From: Bacillota bacterium
GTDB taxonomy: Bacteria; Bacillota; Clostridia; Lachnospirales; Lachnospiraceae
Length of the DNA: 35,856 nt
Assembly: GCA_017861355.1 (NCBI GenBank)
Contig: JAGFXQ010000001.1
Location: 1 to 35,856, forward strand
Direction: 5' to 3'
The position numbers were made by a program, and so were the translations under genes. Positions 28,931-35,856 of the stretch are shown here, piece after piece; position 1 is the stretch's first letter, and every line of letters starts with the position of its first letter. The notes beneath the pieces were generated by a model. That model saw only the letters and a program-made list of their open reading frames with translations, made no database searches and was not told the origin of the DNA.

Positions 28931-30310
28931 TTGAAAAATATGACATTAACTCAGATTGCAGATGCCTGTAATGGAAAATTACTTGGAATAGATTCCGGAC
29001 GTGAGGCAGCCGGTGTAGTCATGGACTCCAGAAAGGTAGAAACGGATTATCTTTTTATCGCTTCAGTTGGAGAACGTGTCGACGGTCATGCCTTTATTCA
29101 GGATGTTTTTGAGCGCGGTGCCATCGGTGTTATCTGCGAGAAAGCTCCGGAAGCACCAAAGGGACCATGCATCCTGGTAGAGAATAGCCTTGAAGCTTTG
29201 AAAAGTATTGCTAAGTGGTATCGTTCGCAGCTGAATATCAAGGTTGTAGGTATCACCGGAAGTGTAGGCAAGACCAGCACCAAGGAATTTATCAGCGCCG
29301 TACTGGCTCAGAAATACCATGTATTAAAGACAGAAGGCAATTATAATAACGAGATTGGATTGCCGCTTACGATACTTAAGATTAGGGAAGCTCATGAAAT
29401 CGCCGTCTTAGAGATGGGTATCAATCATTTTGGTGAAATGCACCGCCTAAGTGAGATTGCAAAACCGGATATCTGTGTCATTACGAACATCGGTCAGTGT
29501 CATCTTGAAAACCTTGGTTCCAGAGAAGGTATTCTTAAAGCCAAGACGGAAATCTTCGACTTTATGAGTGAAGATGGCCGAGTTTGTGTCAATGGCGATG
29601 ACGATATGCTCTCTACCATTCAGGAAGTGAAGGGTATGCGTCCCATCCGCTTCGGTTTCGAAAGTGAGAACGACATAACAGCAAGCGATATCATATCGAA
29701 GGGTTTATTCGGAAGTAGCTGCAATATCCATGTAGGTTATAAAACCTTTCCTGCTGATGTCCCGCTGCCTGGAGCTCATATGGTGCTAAATGCATTGGCT
29801 GCTACTGCTGTTGGAAGTCTGCTCGATATGACCAATCGTGAAATTGCTGCCGGTATCGCTAGTGTAAAACCGGTAGGTGGCAGAAGCAACATCCTACATG
29901 AACATAAGTGGACTATTATCGATGACTGCTATAACGCAAACCCTGTCTCCATGAAGGCCGCTCTCGATCTGCTAGGTACTGCGGATACCAGAAAGGTTGC
30001 CATCCTTGGTGATATGGGTGAACTGGGTGAAAATGAATTAGCTCTTCATCGCGAGATTGGAGAATATGCAATTCTTACAAAGGTGGATTTATTGGTCTGC
30101 GTCGGAGCCCTGTCTCAAACGATGTATGAAGGAGCCAGAGACCAGTTAGGGAAGGTAGCTCAGAAAAATAGTAGCATTCTGTATTATGCGACTCGTGATG
30201 AGCTGATCACCGGTTTACCCGATTTTATAAAGCCGAAGGATACCATACTGGTAAAAGCTTCTCATTTCATGGGTTTCGAGCATGTAGTGAAAGCACTGCA
30301 GAACGAATAA
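28931..30310 (+). CDS. murF: UDP-MurNAc-tripeptide--D-Ala-D-Ala ligase
   Basis: DSRKV, ITGSVGKTSTKE, NNEIGLP, EMG, DDCYNANP, LGDMGELG and VKAS; TTG start with GGAGG. Confidence 0.96.
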   Translation: MKNMTLTQIADACNGKLLGIDSGREAAGVVMDSRKVETDYLFIASVGERVDGHAFIQDVFERGAIGVICEKAPEAPKGPCILVENSLEALKSIAKWYRSQLNIKVVGITGSVGKTSTKEFISAVLAQKYHVLKTEGNYNNEIGLPLTILKIREAHEIAVLEMGINHFGEMHRLSEIAKPDICVITNIGQCHLENLGSREGILKAKTEIFDFMSEDGRVCVNGDDDMLSTIQEVKGMRPIRFGFESENDITASDIISKGLFGSSCNIHVGYKTFPADVPLPGAHMVLNALAATAVGSLLDMTNREIAAGIASVKPVGGRSNILHEHKWTIIDDCYNANPVSMKAALDLLGTADTRKVAILGDMGELGENELALHREIGEYAILTKVDLLVCVGALSQTMYEGARDQLGKVAQKNSSILYYATRDELITGLPDFIKPKDTILVKASHFMGFEHVVKALQNE

Positions 30311-30376
30311 CGAAGCAAATTAACATTTCGATCTATTCCTATCAGAATATCCATGCTATATTAAATATAATCGAAC

Positions 30377-30426
30377 AAGACTAATCGGACCGTGTATCAT
30401 TGTACATTGTTCTTTTAGTCTTTTTT
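30377..30426 (+). terminator. Intrinsic terminator after murF
   Basis: AAGACTAA...TTAGTC stem followed by T6. Confidence 0.7.
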
Positions 30427-30528
30427 CATCTCTTCTTAGACTCTGACTATTATCCACACTCGGTTCTTTGACTACTTTTCCGTCTCCGGACATATACATA
30501 TAGCAATGATATCGTAAAGGTTGGTCAA

Positions 30529-31832
30529 ATGGAGTATCTAAAGAACATTAATAATTTCCTATGGGGTGTGCCCTTACTGGAGCACATATCTACTTTACAA
30601 TCCACCTGAAAGGTGTTCAAAAGCATATAGGCAGGGCAATTCATCTATCCTTTATACCCGACCGTAATGCAGAGGGAGATCTAAGCGGCTTTGCAGCTTT
30701 GTCGGCAACTTTGGCGGCAACCATCGGAACCGGCAATATTATAGGTATTTCTACTGCCATTGCCCTAGGGGGTCCGGGGGCAATCTTCTGGTGTTGGCTT
30801 ACCGGTGTACTTGGTATGGCTACCACTTATGCTGAGTGTTTTCTTGGTGTTCTTTATCGTAAGCGCACTGCGGATGGCACTTTTCTGGGAGGCCCTATGT
30901 ATGCACTGGAGCATGGCCTCGGTCAAAAATGGTTAGCAGTATTATTCAGTATCTTTACCTTAATTGCCTCTTACGGGGTAGGCTGTTCCACTCAAGCCAG
31001 AGCTGTCACACAGACCCTTCATACCCTCTGGGGACTTCCGGAATATCTTGTGGGGATTGCTGTCGCTCTGATCGTTGGCCTCGTAATCGTCGGCGGCATC
31101 AAGTCCATTGGCAATATCTGCAGCAAGCTGGTACCTGCTATGGGTATCTTCTATCTTGTTGGCTGTATTGTTTTACTTATTATAAATTATCCGTATCTTC
31201 TTTCTGCATTTAAGATGATTCTTCAAAGTGCTTTTCTTCCTACAAAGCTTCCGGCAGCGGTAGCCGGCGGATTCATCGGCAGTACGATCAAGTCTGCTGC
31301 CAGATACGGAATTGCACGTGGTTTATTCACCAATGAAGCGGGGCTCGGTTCTGCTGCAATCGCGGCTGCCGGAGCAAAAACCTCAAGTCCAGACAGGCAG
31401 GCCTTAATATCTATGAGTGCAACCTTCTGGGATACGGTTGTGATCTGCGCCATTACAGGTCTTGTAATCGTGACGAATCTGATTAAAAATCCCTCTTCCG
31501 TGAGCGGATATTCCTTCACCGAATTGACGACTGCTGCCTTTGATGCCATTCCTTACGGCAACATTTTCCTGGGCATTTCTCTAATCGCCTTCGCTGTCGC
31601 CACCCTGATCGGATGGTCATATTTCGGAGAAAAAGCGGTAGAATATCTATTCGGAAAATCCGGAATAGGTACCTACCGCATCTGTTATATCGTTATGATC
31701 TTTGTTGGTTCCATTCTGTCGCTCGAACTGGTCTGGGAAATGACCGATTTAGTAAATGCATTTATGGCAGTTCCAAATCTGATCTGTTTATACTTCCTGC
31801 GTAAGCAAGTACTTCCCTATCAAAAGCTTTAA
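30529..31832 (+). pseudogene. Alanine/glycine:cation symporter (AGCS) with a 5' frameshift (pseudogene or sequence error)
   Basis: The main frame has ATIGTGNI, GGPGAIFW, GGPMY and FTNEAGLG; the family N-terminus MEYLKNINNFLWGVPLL starts at 30529 in another frame and stops at 30609. Confidence 0.75.
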
Positions 31833-31847
31833 ATGAAAATATACCTC

Positions 31848-32408
31848 TTACTCCGAATAATACTGATATTGAATCGCTTGTGCAATACGGGATGCTTCTT
31901 CACCGCTCTTCAGAGTCTTAATCAAAGATAAGGAAAAATCAATAGCTGTTCCCATTCCTTTGGATGTAGTGATATTGCCATCCTGAACTACAGCTACATT
32001 CACCACATGAGCACCGAGAAGTGCATCTTCATTACCCGGGTAACAGGTTGCTTTTCGACCCATTAATAATCCCTTGGTTCCAAGTACTCTTGGAGCCGCA
32101 CAGATTGCAGCCAATTTACCACCGGATAATGCATACTCTCTGAGAAGGTGATCCAAGCCTTTATGTTCCAGAAGGTTCTTAGTTCCGGGCATTCCACCGG
32201 GCAAAACCAACATATCTGCATCAGCAAAATCCATCTCCTCAAACATTGTATCTGCTATTGTGGTAATCTGATGAGATCCGGTTACCTGAAGTTCTCCTGT
32301 AATAGAAACCGTCACTATATCAATACCCGCTCTTCGGAGTAAATCAACTACTGTTAATCCCTCTATTTCCTCATATCCTTCCGCCAAAAACAAATAAACT
32401 TTTGCCAT
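31848..32408 (-). CDS. DJ-1/PfpI (ThiJ/YajL-like) family protein
   Basis: LAEGYEEIEG, LVLPGGMPG, AAICAAP and ATCYPG; start MAKV after AAGGGAG. Confidence 0.93.
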   Translation of the reverse strand: MAKVYLFLAEGYEEIEGLTVVDLLRRAGIDIVTVSITGELQVTGSHQITTIADTMFEEMDFADADMLVLPGGMPGTKNLLEHKGLDHLLREYALSGGKLAAICAAPRVLGTKGLLMGRKATCYPGNEDALLGAHVVNVAVVQDGNITTSKGMGTAIDFSLSLIKTLKSGEEASRIAQAIQYQYYSE

Positions 32409-32521
32409 TCGAATACTCCCTTTCCTATTGTATTTAGTTCTTATTATAATGATTGTTACGACCAAATTCAATATTGAGTATTCATTATTTGCATCCGTTC
32501 TATATATCTAGCACAATGATA

Positions 32522-34300
32522 TTATTTAATCATAAGACTCATTACTCCGACATTCTTTAACGTAAGCATTGGTTTACAGGTAATTGCACTGGCATTCAGA
32601 CCGATCGGACATATCTCCAGAATATAAAAGTCATCGCAAGGGACTCTGAACTCGAAACATCCACAGTTGTAGATTGTTGTGCAATCCAATAATTGTTTCT
32701 TCTCTTTACAGGACTTATATAATTTTATCTCCCAGTTATGCTCATGACAGCAACTGCATCCCCAGATACAACCATAAATGACTCCTGCTTCAATCCTGCA
32801 CTCCTGTTTGCATGTATCTTCGACAACTGGTATCGGTATCGGAATTGGTACCGGTTCGAATATAATCTTCGTTTCCTGCTCAGGGCAAGGTTTGCACTCT
32901 TCGCAAGCCGGACAAGGCTGCGGAGCCGGTTGAGGTATCGGGATCGGAATCGGCCGTGGTGTCGGGGGTACCGGCGGAGGCGTCGGGCGTGGTGTCGGGG
33001 GTACCGGCGGAGGCGTCGGGCGCGGTGTCGGAGGTACCGGTGGAGGCGTCGGGCGCGGTGTCGGGGGTACCGGTGGAGGCGTCGGGCGCGGTGTCGGAGG
33101 TACCGGTGGAGGCGTCGGCCGTGGTGTCGGGGGTACCGGGCGCGGTGTCGGCAGTGGTGTCGTAGGTACCGGCATAGGTGTCGGGCGCGGTGTCGGAGGT
33201 ACCGGCGGAGGTGTCGGGCGCGGTGCCGGCAGTGGCATCGGTTGCGGGACGGGCATCGGTGGAGTTGGTAATACGTTACCGCATTCTACTCCTCCAATGA
33301 AAGGATACAAATGAAATTCAAAACCACTATTCGCATTAACAGCAAATCCGCCTAAAGCAGCGTTACCGCTGACCGTACCACCGGTTTGATGAGCATGGAA
33401 CATCGCCTGCGGTGCAAGAATACTTCCCCAGATTGCTGCCGGAACCTCCATATAGATATTCTTGGCATCCTCAAAAACATACAGGGTCCGATTCGCTAAT
33501 CTCTCTGCACCCCAGAGACCATACTGAAGATGCGCATTATCTCCGGTTCGCAGGATAACAATTGCGCGGCTTCCTTCCGGTATCTCAAATTTTATCTCCT
33601 TATTCAGAAGACCATTCGGTCGAACATCAATCACAAATACATTCTGTATCGGATCGTTTCCTCGAAGAATCCACTCGCTATAATGTTGTTGTGCTGTCCC
33701 ATTTGGTGAAAGTCCTACGATACAATCATGAAAGTCCATAATACTGGCTTTTGCCTCGTCAAAGAAATTTCCAACTTCAGCGTTAATCCGCTGTGCAGGA
33801 ATATAACGCGGGACATCATAGCTGGAGACTATATAATGGGTATCTCGATCACTTACTCTCCAGTATCTGCTTCCGTTTTTCGCCTGATACAAGTCTGTAA
33901 TCTCTTGAACTTGATCACCGGTACCATCCTTACCGATCATATAGGTGCTTCCGTTTGCAGCGCGGAATTTTCCGCCCGCGACAACATGACCGATTACTAC
34001 CAGCGGACCTTGCATCGCTACATCCCCGCCAACAAGAAAACGTACCAGTTCCGGATTATAACCTGTTCCTGTCAAATGTCCATCATTACCATATCCCAAG
34101 CTGAGACCTCTTGAACTGACAAAATTGCCTTCAACTGCCATGGCACCTTTTGTATCAACGATATTATTGGCGTCACCGAATACAATTGCATTAAAATAAG
34201 AGGCAGTTCCGAAGGGTTGACCCACAACATCATACCATATGATGTCATTGTAGGGTATTCCAGCCTGGTTTCTTGCCTCCCTCGCATCCTTATTTATCAT
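32522..34300 (-). CDS. Choice-of-anchor-A-like domain protein with Pro-rich repeats and Cys-rich C-terminus (putative spore surface protein)
   Basis: FNAIVFGD...GAMAVEGN...GSILAPQA...GFEFHLYPF domain pattern; no signal peptide; AAGGAGG RBS. Confidence 0.7.
   Translation of the reverse strand: MINKDAREARNQAGIPYNDIIWYDVVGQPFGTASYFNAIVFGDANNIVDTKGAMAVEGNFVSSRGLSLGYGNDGHLTGTGYNPELVRFLVGGDVAMQGPLVVIGHVVAGGKFRAANGSTYMIGKDGTGDQVQEITDLYQAKNGSRYWRVSDRDTHYIVSSYDVPRYIPAQRINAEVGNFFDEAKASIMDFHDCIVGLSPNGTAQQHYSEWILRGNDPIQNVFVIDVRPNGLLNKEIKFEIPEGSRAIVILRTGDNAHLQYGLWGAERLANRTLYVFEDAKNIYMEVPAAIWGSILAPQAMFHAHQTGGTVSGNAALGGFAVNANSGFEFHLYPFIGGVECGNVLPTPPMPVPQPMPLPAPRPTPPPVPPTPRPTPMPVPTTPLPTPRPVPPTPRPTPPPVPPTPRPTPPPVPPTPRPTPPPVPPTPRPTPPPVPPTPRPTPPPVPPTPRPIPIPIPQPAPQPCPACEECKPCPEQETKIIFEPVPIPIPIPVVEDTCKQECRIEAGVIYGCIWGCSCCHEHNWEIKLYKSCKEKKQLLDCTTIYNCGCFEFRVPCDDFYILEICPIGLNASAITCKPMLTLKNVGVMSLMIK
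32951..33139 (-). repeat. 33-bp GC-rich coding tandem repeat encoding (PTPRPTPPPVP)5
   Basis: Five full units from 32951 plus a partial unit; degenerate copies continue to about 33265; differences between full units are synonymous. Confidence 0.93.
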
Positions 34301-34348
34301 AGTAACCTCCTTGTAAACTTAGAGAATTGCTGAATCCTATCTCTATAC

Positions 34349-34377
34349 AGTTTATTCAATACTCAGATATTCGTGCC
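34349..34377 (-). promoter_or_regulatory. Possible sigma-K promoter
   Basis: GGCAC-16 bp-AATAAACT against consensus AC-N16-CATA-N3-T (one mismatch). Confidence 0.4.
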
Positions 34378-34513
34378 ATTTTTGAGTTCTTCTCACTCAC
34401 AAAATTAACTAGGATAATTAGCGGGTTTACATAACGCTACATTAAATGTTACAATATACAGATAAATAACCTGATATTTATTTATAGGTTGTAAGAAAGG
34501 CTTGGTTATCATT

Positions 34514-35227
34514 ATGAGAGAACTTGATGCTTTGGCTCTTGATGCGAAGAGAGATCCATCTGTCTTGGAAGTTTTGGTGAAGCAGCAGGAGTATTACATA
34601 TTGAAATGTGCTTCCAAGACCTGTCATCGTTATATCACAAAAAGTGATGATGAATGGTCCATCGCATTGATGGCTTTTACTCAGGCAATACAAAGCTATG
34701 ACCTTGATAAGGGAAGTTTTCTATCCTTTGTTGATTTGGTTATTAAACGCCGCCTCATTGACTATATAAAAAGTCAAATAAAATATAACAACGAAGTATC
34801 GGTTGATCCAATTACTTTCGACACAGAGCCAGAGGAGGATGCAGACGATGCTCCCCTTCGGATTGCTGTCGCTGAAAAGGTATCAAAACAGGATTCCAAT
34901 GATCTCAAATACGAAATTGAAGCAGCAAACATGATGTTCAAAGAATATGGTTTCTCATTCTTCGAACTATCTGAGTGCTCCCCCCGTGCCGCCAAAACAA
35001 GGAGAGCATGTGCTTGTGCAGTGAATTACATGCTTCAAAATCCTCTCCTATTAAGCGATCTGCGCACAAGCAAGCAGCTTCCGTTGAAAATTATCGAAAA
35101 AAATACGAAGCTACCCCGAAAAATATTAGAACGACATCGAAAGTATATAATAGCAGCGATTGAGATACTCTCTGGAGAGTATCCATTACTTGCAGATTAT
35201 CTACAATTCATCAGAGAGGAGAGATAG
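34514..35227 (+). CDS. sigI: RNA polymerase sigma-I factor
   Basis: DDEWSIALMAF, GSFLSF..LVIKRRLIDY, QLPLK and RKILERHRKYII; followed by an RsgI gene. Confidence 0.93.
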   Translation: MRELDALALDAKRDPSVLEVLVKQQEYYILKCASKTCHRYITKSDDEWSIALMAFTQAIQSYDLDKGSFLSFVDLVIKRRLIDYIKSQIKYNNEVSVDPITFDTEPEEDADDAPLRIAVAEKVSKQDSNDLKYEIEAANMMFKEYGFSFFELSECSPRAAKTRRACACAVNYMLQNPLLLSDLRTSKQLPLKIIEKNTKLPRKILERHRKYIIAAIEILSGEYPLLADYLQFIREER

Positions 35228-35230
35228 CGC

Positions 35231-35856
35231 ATGAAAGCAGTTGTAGTCGAAATCAAAGAAAATAAAGCTGCTGTCCTTACTGATGATGGTCGTGTTATTG
35301 CAATCAACAATAAAGTATATGAGATAGGGCAGATCATCCAAGTTAGAGAACCACGGATGCATATAGCAAGAAAACTTTCTGTATATGCTGCTTCTGCCGC
35401 AGCTGTAATGATATTAGGCGTAGGTTCCTGGGCTTATGCTTCTCCTTATACTTATGTAAGCGTTGATGTAAATCCATCGATTGAATACTCGGTGAATCGT
35501 TTTGACCGTGTTCTTTCCGTTAAATCGGTGAATGATGATGGAGAAGAAATCATCCGGCAGATGGATCTTAAAGATTTAGAAAATCAAACAATAGAATCCG
35601 CTCTTCGAATGACGGTGGAGCAGATCAATGAAGCTGGTTATTTCGCTGAGGATGCTGAGGGTGGTATTGTTATCACTACAGCGAGTGAAGATGACAATAA
35701 AGCAGACGAATTAGCTACCTCATTACAACAGGCAGTGCAAGAAGAATTCGACAATTCTGAAGAGGAAGTTGTAGTAGAATCGTATAGTGTCGGTCTGGAA
35801 CGCGTCGAAGAAGCAAAAGAGCTGGGTGTTACTCCCGGTAAACTTAATTTAGTAGA
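35231..35856 (+). CDS. rsgI: Anti-sigma-I factor RsgI, N-terminal part (runs off the window; not in the ORF track)
   Basis: Manual translation MKAVVVEIKENKAAVLTDDG...YEIGQ, one TM, then YVSVDVNPSIEYSVNRFDRV...NDDG. Confidence 0.9.
   Translation, partial: MKAVVVEIKENKAAVLTDDGRVIAINNKVYEIGQIIQVREPRMHIARKLSVYAASAAAVMILGVGSWAYASPYTYVSVDVNPSIEYSVNRFDRVLSVKSVNDDGEEIIRQMDLKDLENQTIESALRMTVEQINEAGYFAEDAEGGIVITTASEDDNKADELATSLQQAVQEEFDNSEEEVVVESYSVGLERVEEAKELGVTPGKLNLV

Noticed and set aside
30450-30458. Perfect DnaA box TTATCCACA (and a 1-mismatch box near 13424-13432)
   Set aside because: Isolated boxes with no cluster or origin gene context; could be chance
30310-30528. Glycine riboswitch upstream of the AGCS gene
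   Set aside because: No GGAGA...CCGAAG...CUCUCAGG core; only the murF terminator is visible
32738-33271. Arg-rich and Val/Ser/Gly-rich plus-strand ORFs
   Set aside because: Antisense readings of the Pro-rich repeat; variation between units is synonymous in the minus-strand frame

Overview
Low-GC, spore-forming Firmicute chromosome (gene content and style suggest Clostridia, probably Lachnospiraceae; this is inference). The window is mostly housekeeping. Minus strand: coaX (partial), argF, an LTA synthase, NfeD, a VTC-domain/DUF4956 pair, rho-rpmE-DUF1385-prmC-prfA-TrmH, tig-clpP-clpX-engB (no lon), glmM, a histidine kinase with a REC-HD-GYP regulator, an alpha/beta SASP, an orphan sugar-binding lipoprotein, a DJ-1 protein and a Pro/Cys-rich choice-of-anchor-A-like protein. 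Plus strand: malic enzyme-radical SAM-DUF4364, ddl-murF, a frameshifted alanine/cation symporter, and sigI-rsgI (partial). I found no rRNA, tRNA, CRISPR array, transposase or prophage, and no clearly new multi-gene system. The best candidates for a second look are an 87-bp double-hairpin tandem element bounded by TATAATAA upstream of the kinase/HD-GYP operon, a 39-bp hairpin repeat with a compensatory base change, a GGDEF C-terminal remnant missed by the ORF track, a possible anti-SD/decoy switch in the tig leader, and a signal-peptide-less putative spore-surface adhesin. All family calls come from recognising motifs by eye; no database search was run.
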